Shown here: positions 12,247-25,598 of the stretch, piece after piece | Position numbering within the stretch: position 1 is the stretch's first letter | Layout of the letters: each line of letters starts with the position of its first letter | Origin: Bugula neritina | Taxonomy: Eukaryota; Animalia; Bryozoa | NCBI GenBank assembly: GCA_964035545.1 | Contig: OZ037765.1 | Location: forward strand, 28,085,504-28,149,503 | Reading direction: 5' to 3' | Length of the DNA stretch: 64,000 bases | Translations under genes and position numbers: made by a program | The notes under the pieces: model-generated | The model's database searches: none | Told to the model about the DNA's origin: nothing | What the model saw: the letters and a program-made list of their open reading frames with translations, nothing else

Positions 12247-14769
12247 ATGGAGCATGAACCACTGCAGCTATTGCAAGGTGAGTATGGAAAGCTAGGCCAT
12301 GTCTTCACAAAAGCTGTCTTTAAGGACGGGGACAGTTATGCACCTCTCTTGGAAAACTAAACCCCTTAAAAAGCAATTCACATACAACCACACAATCAAT
12401 ATTTGATAAAGTTGAAATGTCTCATTTTTAGAAAGTATCTTTAACTACTCTTCGCTATTTTAATCTTTTTATGTACCCTTTGTTAGAAAAAACAATAAAA
12501 TGCAGTTTTGCAGTTTTTAGCTAATACTTTATAGTACAAATGGTAATGATGTTGTGTGTTTGACATTGATTACTCCCATTATTGCATATTGAATATAGTA
12601 TATGCCTGGTACTACGTTTAAAGTATTAGATGTAGGGGTGCCCTCATTCACATCCTATCCCAATCCATAATTGCTGGGGAGAGCTTTGTCTTTTTATTTT
12701 AAACTGAGTCTTAAAAGTATACCAGTTTGTATGTTTTCAATACTTAACCAACTTGCCTTGCATCAGAATTATTGAATGTTTTATTCAATATATTAATTAG
12801 AGTTTCATTATCAACTGTGTTTTTTATTTTTAGACACAGAACGGGCGATGGAGCTGTTAGACTTGCTGCAGAAAAGTATGTTTATTATAGAATATAAAAG
12901 TATGAAGTTTTAATTCAAAGATAATGGTGATAGAGGGCACTAATATAGTAGTAGTTGTGTTAATACATTGTGAGATTTCCTGTAATTCCAGTAGTGTTGC
13001 GGGTTAAAAGTTAACACAAGTAGTAGAAAATATGTTAGTAGTGGGTGTAAGAGTCTTGGTTATTGCATACTTAGTGATAGTCTTACTATGGTTGATGTAG
13101 AACTGTTTATGTTTTCATTGTAATAAAATATAGTAGTGTTGGTAGCAGTTGCAGTCAATGTAATAGTAGTACTTGTATTGGTATCAAGTGTAGACCCCAT
13201 TCTAGATACTCTACAGTGTATACTTGAAGTTATCTTGTACAGGGGCTGATCCTTCAACCCCGATGCAACAATTGACTGATTTAAAACGAGTCCTGCAAAG
13301 TGATTTCTTCAAATCAGTGAGGGAGGTATATGAGCACATCTATCATACAGTGGAGCCACATGGTAATACAGAGATCAGAGCGCATGCCACTGCAAAGGTA
13401 GCCTCTATTTATTTAATTTAAAAGTTTAGTAGCAACTTGTAAATGATTCACAACAGTAGTCGTATTCATGTTTCTTAGGTTGTGGAATCTTGTTTATATC
13501 AAAAGTAATAGAAATTTGCTGTTTTTAGGCTACTGTTGCTGCTTTTGCTGCCAGTGAAGGTCATTCACATCCCCGTGTAATAATCTTACCAAAAACTGAC
13601 GAAGGGCTGGGATTCAATGTGATGGGTGGAAAGGAGCAGAGCTCGCCCATTTATATTTCTAGAATAATCCCAGGAGGCGTGGCCGACAAGCACGGAGGGC
13701 TGAAACGTGGAGATCAACTGCTCTCTGTGGACGGGGTTGTAAGTGGAACAATGTAGCACAATTCACCATCAAACACTGATTTATATATAAGTTATCGCAA
13801 TTTCATGTAAACAGGTTTTTTGTGTCTGAATGCGGTAATTGTTTTTAAAGTGCAACATTTTAGAATATAACTAGATAAATTGTAAATGTTGACATGCAAT
13901 TGTTTAGTTTAAGAGATGGCTGTCCCCTTGTGTGATAAAAATTAGAATAATACAAATATTAGAGAAATATCACCATTAAAGTATATGGCAAAAAGCAGCA
14001 AAACATTGCAAATATGCTGGGTGCAGTACACTTGTGTTTGGTTAATTTGGGATGAATATTAGGAGTTATTTCCTTTTGCTAAATTATTTTTCGCGAAACT
14101 AACCTAATATGTAGCATGTTACTATTGTACATATAGCTTTTCAATTAGTTGGAGCTTGACTGGTAAATAAAATAGTCATGTGTTCTTATTTTAAATTATT
14201 AGTTCCCTCTTTGATTTTTTAGATAACTTGTGCTGTAAATTTGCTATAAATTATTAAGTGTGTTTTGGAATTTAATATAGCATAATTGTGATCACACTGG
14301 TAATTCTATAATATAATATAAACCATTTCAAAATGTATATTTATGAAATTTTAATCAATTATATTCCAATTTAACTAATATCTCCTTTACAGAGTGTGGA
14401 AGGTGAGAGCCATGAAAGAGCAGTTGATCTTCTAAAAGCTGCCCAATGTAAGAACATATAATAAGAATATGCTAGTAATATAAATGCTTTTTTACTATTA
14501 ACGCTTTAATAATTCTTTATGTAATATAAGTTATTTTTAACTGCACAGAAAACCAGTTGTATTTATTGAATTGATTAGATTTTGATTGTTATTTAAATAC
14601 AATTTTTGTCACAGTTTACTGAAAAGATAATCACAAGTATTTTCTGTTTCTGTATTTATTTAATTCTTTTTTAGCTGAAGTAAAGCTGATAGTCTGCTTC
14701 ACACCTAAGATCCTTGAAGAAATGGAAGCCAGGTTTGATAAACAGAGGGGGCGGCGATTAGGACCTTAA
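12247..14769 (+). CDS. LIN7: Lin-7/Veli/MALS scaffold protein (L27 + PDZ)
   Basis: Exons ~12247-12277, 12834-12875, ~13242-13397, 13529-13737, 14393-14447, 14675-14769. L27 ([18 protein letters not shown]), [67 protein letters not shown]. Confidence 0.96.
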
Positions 14770-17357
14770 AGTTTTATTTAAAAACTTATGCCAGTCACTT
14801 TTACTACTATTAAAATAACCTAAAATGGCATAGAAAGACTTTGCTGAATGCATTTTGTTTGTGTTGATGTAGTATGGCATATACTGTATCTTTTAGATTT
14901 ATTGTAGAGTTCTAGTCAACGGCAACTATTACTTAGTCATTTGCTTTTTATCATTATTGTATTGAAGTAGTGCAGTAGAAAAAACTCTAGTCCTTTTTCG
15001 ATATCCAAAGTTAAACAATAATTTATTAAATAAAAGATGAGCGATGGGATTCGCTCATTTAGGTTTTTCATTTTAGTAACACCCAACCCCTAGGGCTGAT
15101 TTTCAACTCAAAAAGTTATTCATAAACTCTATCAGGAGACTCTACTATACCAGTTCTTTGAGTTCAGATGTATTGTTTGGCATGCTCATCAATTAGGCAG
15201 CAGTATGATTCTACATATATTTGTATTATAAAATTGAAATGAATTTGGTGTTGTGTAAGTTATTGCGATCTTGATGGCCATTCATTCTATATGTTGAACA
15301 AAATTTATTGAAAAAGACTTAATACTTTCAAGGAGACTTGCATAATATTATTTAAACTCCATGTTTGATGCCAAAGAAAGAAAAAGCTAAACTATGTCTA
15401 TATTTTGTGAAAAAATTGTTGCTTTAATTTTGCACCCAAATGTGATGTAGGTTTTGTTGCTATAGAAAGTTTTAAAGATATTAGATATATTTAATATTGC
15501 TTCTAGTTTTAGACAGTATAGAAATATTTATTATAATAAACAACACAACATTGTAATAGTCGTAACATATTGTCATTGCTTCAGAACCATGTATATATAT
15601 CAGAATCTTTTTCCATCGCAACCGCATGCTCACAATATATACACAATAACAAAAAATATTATACCAAGGTGATGATAGAGCAGTAAAGTTAAGACTGCAA
15701 ATATACAATAATAAATATGATGGAAGACTCACATCCATTAGAAGAATGAAGCATAATATAATTATGGTAATAAATATAAATTTAAAAATTAATAATGCTT
15801 AAATCAATATATAACTAGTTTCACTGTGCACTTAATCAACATCAGTGAAATGGACGGTCATATTGCTTTTAAAAATATTTGAATGAATTGTTTCATAAAG
15901 TTAATTGCCATCTGTCTTGAAATCTCAGTCAAAATATTTTGACAATTCAACATGAAATTACTTGGTTAAACTTTAACAAATGCCGGGCATTTGAAAAATT
16001 CGAAATTAAGACAGACAGTTCATCAGTTATTTTGCAACTTCTACTTCATATTATATCGGCTGATGTACTTGGTTAACCCTGCAAAAGACAAAAAGATCAT
16101 AAAGTCAAAATAGCAAGTCTAGCAGTTTAAAGACATTTTATTAGCATGATTTTGTTGAATATTCATCAATTTTACAATAGGGGATGCACTTAGTTATTTT
16201 TAATTCAAGTCAAACTCTAACAAGACATAGTTAACTTGCACAAACATTTTGGGTGAAAAGGTATTAGGCATTGTATATTTTAAATCACTATTAGAAAATC
16301 AGATTTTGCATCTACATTCTCAATACAGAAGCTTTTTTACTGTTGGAAATGTAAGTTTATCAACAGTTGGTTCTAATATTTTGTTGGAAGATCCCATTTT
16401 ATCTTTAAAACTTTGTATTGTTGTTAATGTAAAAATAAATGTGAATTGGTGCTAAAATATCAAGTTGCCATAAAAATCATGAATATTGTTGTAAATAATT
16501 AAGAATACATTAAGAAAGCCACAACAGTTTTATGCATTCTGTGAACCAACATTTCATGTAGGTCACCATAAAAGTCTGTTACCAGAAAAAGGTGGAGAGT
16601 TATTTATTCCACAATACAAATATGTTTATAATATTATATTGTGTAACCTGACACATAATGCACCGATGCAACACTTATGTCCTGTTTTTAATCCTCATAT
16701 ATTTATTCTAAGCAGATTTAGCAAACCTCAAGCTTTTTAATATAAAACTTGGTTGAGCAGCCAAAGACCTCTAAGTTTTAACAATGATTGGCCAGCTCAC
16801 CATGAAACCATAGATAAATTTTATTTGACAATTATTACTTTTTACATTCATGCATCGAGCCTTGCACTATATATAATTCAGCAATGCCCAATTATATTTA
16901 AAGAGTATATATACGCAAAAGTTGTTGATAATTATAATGCTTATATGTTGCCAATAATCATAATTTTTGTGTTCCAGCTATCAAAAAAAGTGATATGCCA
17001 ATAGAAGCTATACGGAAGAAAATGCAGATACTAAACATACAATCATGCAAACTAAAGAGCCAACTAGCAAATCAAAATGCCGATAGAGCACTTTCTAGGC
17101 GTGCGCATTGTATCAAATAATACAAAGGAATGCTTTTTTGTTAGTTTCAGTCGAACAACATATTCACAGAGGAGCACAACACTGCTGACATGCAAAGAAG
17201 ATTGAGTGGTGCACAATATTCACTTAACTTTATGCAGGTGAGAAAAGAAGCAAACTAGCAACTATGAGTGGATACAATGTTATGAAAACACTCAACACTA
17301 CATAGACGAACAAGCCAACTCACGTTGGAATTTGGTTGATTGAGCCCTTGCCTCTTT

Positions 17358-20300
17358 TTAATTATTATTTTCTTTTATAGTTTTTACACGTTTTCGAGCT
17401 GCATGTCCCCTATAAGCTGACTGAATACTTGTAGCTGCTTTTTGTTTCTTTTGCAAACTTTTCCTTGTTTTGTACCCTTTATAGTTTGCTTGTATCTTTA
17501 CAGCAGCTTGCTCTTTGTCTGGTTGACTTTTTATTTCAGCATCTTTTTTGTTGGTAGGCTTACTTAATTTTGTCTCTTCTTCAGTTGCATTATTTTCTTT
17601 TTTAGTTTTCATACTTTTTCGAGCAATGTGTCCCCTAAAAGTTGACTGAATGGTTGTAGCTGCTTCATGTTTCTTTTTCAAGCTTCTTCTTGCCTTGTAT
17701 CCCTTATAGTTTGTCTGGATTTTTAGAGCAGCTTGCTCTCTTTCCTGGTTTGAAGCTGACGAATCTCTTTTGTTGACTGGTTTTGCTGCAGTTTTAGGGC
17801 CAGATTTGTCGTCCCCTTTCTTCAGTGACTTCCTAACCCTATAACCTCTGTATGAAGCCTGAATTCTTGTTGCAGCAATTTCAGATTTTTCATTAGAAGC
17901 TTGCTTTGATTCATTTACTTTTTTATTATTTGCTTTACTGGTTTTTTGAGTAGGTTTAACAGGTTTTTTGGAATTACTTGTTTGCTTAGAAGTATTGTCG
18001 GGCTTTTTGTTGCTTTTGGCAATACGAGGCAAGGGCTCTTTCTTCCGTGGTGAGTCCAGCTCTTCCTCCTAAACAAAGCACAACTGTATCAGGCAGACTG
18101 GGGGAAAGACTGTCATGCCTGATTATATGAGGAACAAACAGAAAGAATATCAAAAATAAAACTCAAATATACAGGAGGCCTTTTTCTCTCCTCAATGAAG
18201 TTTGAAAGCCACATCAGTTTGTAGCGCTATATTATTGTGTACTCAACAAATTACCTCACCACCAACACCTCATAAACTCTTATGTTTTCATGGTTATGAG
18301 CTGAGCATTAGCATTAGCTGAGCTAATAGTTGGAAAATGTTCAAATGAAGAAACTGAGCTTTGCATATGTCTTGTACTACAGCAAAAGATAGGTCACTCA
18401 AAGGGTGGGCACACATTACAAGAGTGGGCAACTTATATATTACACTAATCATTCCAAGTTAGTTTTGCCATCCTCATCTACCTACTGATTGAAGAAGTGG
18501 TTGTAAACCAATGGTGCATACATGCCATACTATTATTGGTGTAACAACATACCCTAATTTTAATAAACATTCTCTAACCATGGCATGCATGTACATAATT
18601 TTAATTTTACTGACAATATGTTGCCTTTAAACTGAGTGTGTAATTCCCTCTCTCACCTCAACCTCTTCTGCCTGTCTCTTGTCAATAGGCACTTCTTCCT
18701 TAACCTGTTTAGATTCATCAACTTCTGAAGCCTTTTGTTTTCTGTTTTTTGATTTGAAAACACCACCTTCATCTACAATTAGTTAAAGTTATTTACTTTC
18801 GTGTATTGGTACTGCTAATTATTATTTTATAAATTTGAATGGTAACATTAACTTGTACACTCTTGTATACAAGAATGTTGATTCGTTAACACATATATCT
18901 GACTCTGTTTTTAATTTATTTACCATCAAAACACTATATTCGACGGTGTATTTCAACAGATACCATTATAAAAGTTATTTCCTAATTTTTCACCAGACAT
19001 AGTCTAAAATTTTTATTACACGTAAAAGCAAAATAAAAATATATATTATAAATAAAGATGTTGCGCATTATTATTTCTCATGAAAATAATATTTTTAGAT
19101 GAATATATAACAGCTTAGCGAGTGCATGCATGTACACCTGGGATGAATGCTATTCATTAAAAGAAAGACAGCGTAACTATATAGAAAGCAGAATATCAAT
19201 ACCAAGTGCACAATAATGATGTCATAATAATATGTAATTCGCAGTGCATGTGCAGAGCAAAATACTTGGTTGCTATGCATTAAATTATTCATTAGGTTTA
19301 CCTGTTCTTGGAGACACTGTAAAATGAGAAATTAGAGTGACACAGGCATATTACATGCTTATAAAATGAAAATCCTATTACATACACAGTAAGTTCATTT
19401 ATCAATATAATAGCACTATTATTTTTATCCTGCATGTAGGTTTAACTGTCTATTGCAACTCATTATAATCAATAACTCACAAACCTTTATCTAAATCGAT
19501 TTGAGAAACTTTCTTCTGAGTTTTCTTCCCTTGTGGCTGTTGGTTTTCCGTAGCAGCAGGCGGTTGTGTGGATTTCTTCTTCTCTTGCTTCTTGGAGGGC
19601 TCCTTACCTTGCGCTGTTGAAGTTGCTGGCTCCTTCGCCTTGTCGGAACCTCCTCGTTTGTGTTTAATTGGCCTCACAGGAATTCCCTCTTCCGTGTTGC
19701 TCGGCTGCTGACTGCCTTTCTTTTTCCCTCTAGTGATCAAGATACATGTGTATAAATCAATAGTGAATGAGATAATTTAGCATTTTATTTTTTTATATGT
19801 TATAGCTGCAATATATTTCAATCTTGCTATAAAATTATCAGTCAGCATATTTAGAGTGCAACATTTTAAAAGTTTCTAATGAGTTCACTATTGCATACAT
19901 TACAATGTTCGGTTGTTAATTCTGCATTAATATTGAATATTGATGCTATAAACAAACACTAAATGGAATCCGACATGCTTATTCACTAGCAACAGAAACC
20001 CTTGGAGATTTCAACAGCATTTCAGTGCTCAGTGTGGATAATATTATAATATAAATGTGTTTATATGTAAAATTCAGGCAGACCAATCTCATAGCAAAGC
20101 ATTACAACACACATATACAGTTTGATGTGCCATTCCTTATGCTAGAGCAGGTTATAAGGTTATAATATTATGTATTTAGTGGCTTTGCTATATAAATAGA
20201 TTAATAAAAAAAAGTAAAATTGGTTCCGGAGTTATACCTAAACGCATATGGATTTTTCATATGCTATCCTATTACTTTGATATAATTTTAAAACAAGTAT

Positions 20301-23300
20301 AGAAAAAGAAAAGTAGTTTAGCCAATAGTAATATAACATAATATTTACTTAGGTGGTGGACCATTATGAGATGAGTTGTTGGAAGGGGAGGAGCCCTGTG
20401 AGTCATCAGCGGTGCTCTCAGACTTGCTCTTGTTTTTCAGAGGCTTTAATGCTGGGTAACGCCTGCCAAACAGTACAGCAAAGTAACAGCTTCAACGCAC
20501 AGACAATTTAAAGGTATAAAACTTAAATTAAATTATAACACACAATTCAATTCTTACAAATTTGAAGATATTGTTTATCAAGAGCAATTCAGTTAATTTA
20601 GTTCATTGCACTCAAACAGGCTTCTACCACAGCAATTACTGACTTAGAAATTTGCAGGTTTTTATACATCTATGCAACTATCTCTGTTGAACATAGTGCA
20701 ACATCTTCTATAGTGGTTATTGATTATCAACTGAGAAATCAATTACTTTCTTCATTAGCATGTTTAGAAAGGGTGAAGAAACGTAAATGAAGCAGTGCAT
20801 TACTGTCATGACTCCGGCTCTTCCTCCGTGAAGAAAGGCTATACATATTTTATATAAAGCTAATTTATTGATTCCACCAAATTTCTAAATAGACAACATA
20901 TTGGCTTGGCAGAAAGCCATAGAAGGCAAAATATTAACACAATGCTTATATTGTGTTTTCCTAACTACCAGTATAGCTGTATAAAACAGCATATTGGTAA
21001 GTTGGCAGAGTATTATACGCTAACTCTAGGGTTCATAAAAGGTTTTGCGGCACCTTAGTTATTCTACAGTATAAAATTTCTTAACATCAAATTCTAATAA
21101 TTATTTTTGCAAATAAATTGCTACAAAACTGTAAAATGTTTCTAAACACAAAAAATTCTTTCATCAAATATAAAAGGAGCTTTACTATCGATCACAAGTT
21201 TTGTTGATGGCAAGTTAAATCAATGTGTTTGTATTGGAAAGTTTTTTTAATTGAATTAATTTTGTGATTAAACACCATCCACTTATGTTAAGTAGCAATT
21301 TACAAGAATTTATAGCAATGATTCTATAATGTTAATAAAAATTGTAGCATCTCTCACATATAATTAAGCAGTCTTTTAAAGGGCCAATGTCACACAAATG
21401 TCATTTTGAAATTTCACAAGCTAGTTTTACCTTTTCTGTTGCTGTTTTGGTGAGAGTGAGGTAGGCTGTAGCCCGTATTCTACATCTCTGAACTTCTCTG
21501 AGCCAACAGCAACATAGTATTCATTATTCTTCAGGTGTATACCTTCTGTTACTTCCTCTTTAGTAGAGTAGTCATATACACTATAAAATGATAGTTTCAT
21601 GAATAATAAGACTCTGTTCTCATAAACTTATTTTTTATTCTTAAACAGCAGCTATTCATAAAAAACGAGTCATAAATGTCACCGTAAGAATATAGACTGA
21701 GAAATGAAGCCATGTTGCCATATTATAATGAATAGCTGCTTAGCTTTATATAAATGTAGTCTCAGTTTTGAAAAGAAACTTTGGGAAAAAATCATTCAAT
21801 GATAAAAAATATGGTTACTCATTTTGTATATTTGCATTCCTAAAACTGAATATAGAGATAAAAGTGCAATAAACAACTCACTGGCGCACCGCTCCCGTCC
21901 TAAGATCTACCTTCTCATTCAATGCAATTAGAATTGTCTCCCATGTTTTCTGCACCCATGGCTTTAATAAAACTCTTTTAGCTGGTTCTAAAGTTTTCCC
22001 ATTTGTGTATACACTGCAAAATATTTGAAGCAACAAAATATAAAGAGTTTTTCACCAAAGTTAACAAAGATGTAATTAACCCAACACATAGCTATTTCAT
22101 ATCTTATTCTGAGTTATTTAGCAGCATTTGTATCAGCGCTATGGTTAGCATTCATAAAACAAATAATTGTCAAACAGGGAACATATATGAGATACATATC
22201 ATCAGTGTCATAATTATCAGAAAAATAGACATAATTATTGATTAGGACCAACAGCTTATGAATATAAACATTGCATTTACTTGTTCAAATGTTTTAATCA
22301 ATAGGAGCATTTGTATGGCAAATAGTGTGAGGGGTATGACTATCAGATTATGTACACATTCTACTTGGCAACTACCAAATAATCCCATAAATCCTTGTGG
22401 ATTGGTCATGAAAACAAACATATTGCACCTTGCAATACTCCCAACTTTCCTATGTTTTATAATGGAACACTAATCTTTGATTAAACTGAAATAATGTATT
22501 CATTTATAAACCGATCAAATTGAGAAACTCCATAGTTTATACACATTCACTGGCATATTTTCATTGTAAAGTATTATTGTGAATGTTAAAGAAGGTTGGT
22601 ACTATGACGTACTTCAATCAAAGAGTTTCACAATTATTTGTAAAGTTGTTTATACCAGCATAGGCAGATTATACAGTTGTATTAGTATTAGCCACATAAG
22701 CACCACAGAACATAATACTTTGACCAAAATCAAGATTCAACTCTCAAGCAACACTATGACAACAGCTAATTGGCTTTACTAAAGACAATTTCATTATAAA
22801 TAAATGCTACTATAAATGTCTAGCAACGCTGTAGCTATAGCCCGTAGGTAACAACTTTCTATACTTACAATACAGAAATAGGAGTTCTATCAATCTTTCT
22901 TATCTTTCCAGAGGCTATCACTTTATTTCTTCTCTAAAAATATTGGCACATTATTCCTATTACAGCTCCATTTTGTTTGTTTTTCGGCTCTATACCACTT
23001 TTGCAAAATTCTGGTTATAAAGATCAGCAAAAGCAAAAGTCCCTTAAGAATACAGAGTTAATAGTATTGTTTTACCTTGATGTATAATCATAGAAATAAA
23101 CATTATCATATGATACATGTACATTACACTTTTTTTAATTTTAGCATTTCGGCAAGTAGAAAAATCTTAAAATATTTTAGTACAATATATTCCATAGTGT
23201 GTTATATTATATTTTAATAATAATATAGTGAGAACACTGCGTACAACCTACCTCTGGGGAAGGCACATGTTTAGGCTTTGTTGTTATTTCTTCATATCTG

Positions 23301-24659
23301 TAAATGGTATTGATACTATTATATGTTTACAAAAGTAAAAAATAATGTATAACATGTGGGTACTAACGTTTAAAAGAAATGTCTGACCTACCAAGTACTT
23401 TTACATTTTAAACAAATTTACATGAGAATTTTATATAATTTATTATGTTAATGAACAGCATCGAACACATAATGTGTAACTTTTCATTATTAAATTAGAC
23501 AGCAATCTATAACTTTGGCTGAGTAAAAGGGAAGCTTTTAAAACATCATAGAAACATGAAGTGATGAGTTTGAGACTTGTGCATTGTGGAAACTTAACTG
23601 AGAAACAGCAATCATTGATTATATTACATAATGTTATATAATGTTATATGATGTTATATGATATTGTGTGATGTTGGGTCTTTAAAATTTTTATATATAT
23701 TTTAGGGCTTAGTATGTCTACTCAATAGAATTTGCAACACTTGCTGAAACAATAGAAGTGGTTCGAATTTATCACTGATTTAGTGATCTAGCAAAAAGCT
23801 TTTGGTTAGATGTTTACTGACAAAATAATAGCCTAAAAGCTGCAGGTTTAAATGTGTTTGCAATTGACTACAACTTAGAAATGGTCGATTTTTAAATATT
23901 GACTTCTAACCATAAATTAATGCATGTTGCACAGATCAGGTTAATATAAGAATTAATATGAGTATGGAAAAATTAATAAGTTATGCATAGACTACTTAAG
24001 CTTAAAAACAAATACTGTTGACTGTAAGATATTCATATATGTGCATGCAACATAATATATTTATGTAGTTATTCAACATTTGTGTATTTATTTTAATAGA
24101 AACTTTTATTTTCTTTCCATCACCGCAAAGTGCTAAGTTCTTGAGGATTGAGTATTTACATATTTTGAAGGCAGATTTTCAGTATGTTTGTAAGCAAATC
24201 TCTCTGATTTTCAATTTCCTAAAATTTCATTACTCAATAATAGCAGTAACAAAACTATCATGGCATAACATATCATAAATATTTATATTTAATCTTATTA
24301 TTATTCACACTCATAGTCATAGTGATCAAATTCAAACGCTAGGTTTGTGATAATGATTACATTATCAAAGTGAAAGTAACATACCCCAGTTTGACAAATT
24401 TTTGAGCACAAGCTACATATGATTTGCCAGTAACTAAGTCCGATAAATCTCCAACTGCGTGGCCATTGTCTGGTGTTCTTAATACTCGAACAGCTCCAAA
24501 TGCTGGTTTGAGAGAAGTTGTTACTTGCGAAAGAAATGATTCATAGTTTCTAGTCTGTCGGGGATTAATCACAAATCTACGACCAGTAAAGAATCTGTCT
24601 CCATTGCTGTATATATGGACTTTCTTGGCTAAAGGAACTTCAATGCCATTTTCTCCCAT
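17358..24659 (-). CDS. DCDC2: Doublecortin domain-containing protein 2-like, two DCX domains plus five C-terminal IQ motifs
   Basis: Exons ~24659-24385, 23297-23252, 22933-22869, 22014-21882, 21580-21431, 20462-20349, 19729-19485, 19316-19302, 18772-18657, 18068-17358 join in frame. DCX1 (YSNGDRFFTGRRFVIN...FGAVRVLRTP), DCX2 (VYTNGKTLEPAKRVLL...RTGAVR), and the DCDC2-like acidic motif DEGGVFKS...EVPIDKRQAEEVEEEE. Confidence 0.85.
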
Positions 24660-24828
24660 AGTTGCTGCAAAAACACTGCTATGAAATGCTACTTCTCAGT
24701 GTGATCATTATTTCAACAATAACTCAGTTTTCAATACGCCTCATGAATCAAGAACGTCTACTTGCTTTTGCACAACGTAAAAGAACGAGTTGTTCGCATA
24801 GCGATCTCTATTGGGTAAAATTTACGAG

Positions 24829-24850
24829 GTTGCTAAGATACGTAAACAAA
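24829..24850 (+). promoter_or_regulatory. RFX X-box-like site (GTTGCTAAGATAC) directly abutting a forkhead site (GTAAACAAA)
   Basis: About 170-190 bp upstream of the DCDC2 ATG; matches the RFX and FoxJ1/forkhead consensus. Confidence 0.55.
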
Positions 24851-25321
24851 CTGGATTAAATAATGAACACAGCAAGACTATCGTCGTCCCCTAATAAATG
24901 CAAATTCATGTACATATTATATTACAAAATATAATATATAGCTAGGTTTTATTGCGTCTCAGTTAATAAATTTACCCTAACCTGCATGTTTTGCTAAGAA
25001 TGCTATACTTCATACATAGAATATACTGATTAACTCAACAAATTTATCTATGATTGCGAGATAATGACATGTGCATCTCAACTTACTCTTGGTTTCGTTT
25101 TTGGAGAAAATAGGACATTTGCGCACATAATTAATGGCAGTAATTGGACTCTACACGATCATTATGAAGTTTTGAGCTTCAAATTACCAAGTTAATTTAT
25201 GGTCAATCTCAAGTAAACTGATTTAACTAGACTTTTTATAGTACTGTAGAGTAGTCTACAAACAAAATCTTATTTACAGTGCATTGCAGCAATAGCAAAT
25301 CAGACTTGTATCCTGAGAAGT

Positions 25322-25335
25322 GTTACCTTGGCAAC
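25322..25335 (+). promoter_or_regulatory. Canonical 14-bp RFX X-box GTTACCTTGGCAAC
   Basis: Matches GTNRCC-N2-RGYAAC; ~660 bp upstream of the DCDC2 ATG, just past the likely NNT polyA signal (~25395). Confidence 0.55.
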
Positions 25336-25598
25336 TGCAAAGTCTTACGAAGCAATGCTTTACTTAAAATACAGTCCAGATGTAGAAATCTGTATTTATT
25401 GACACAAAGTTTTATAAGTAGAAATAGAATAAGGAAAATACTAATCATTGGTCACATAAAAACAGTTTTAAAAATAAATTCAGATCCAACACAATAATCA
25501 TTGCGTAGTCAGCTGCTGTTACTGCAAAATATAAAAAAGTCCTTTCTTTGGTTTTCTTTCCGTTTTACAAATATTGGCTTGCCTACATTTTTCTACAT

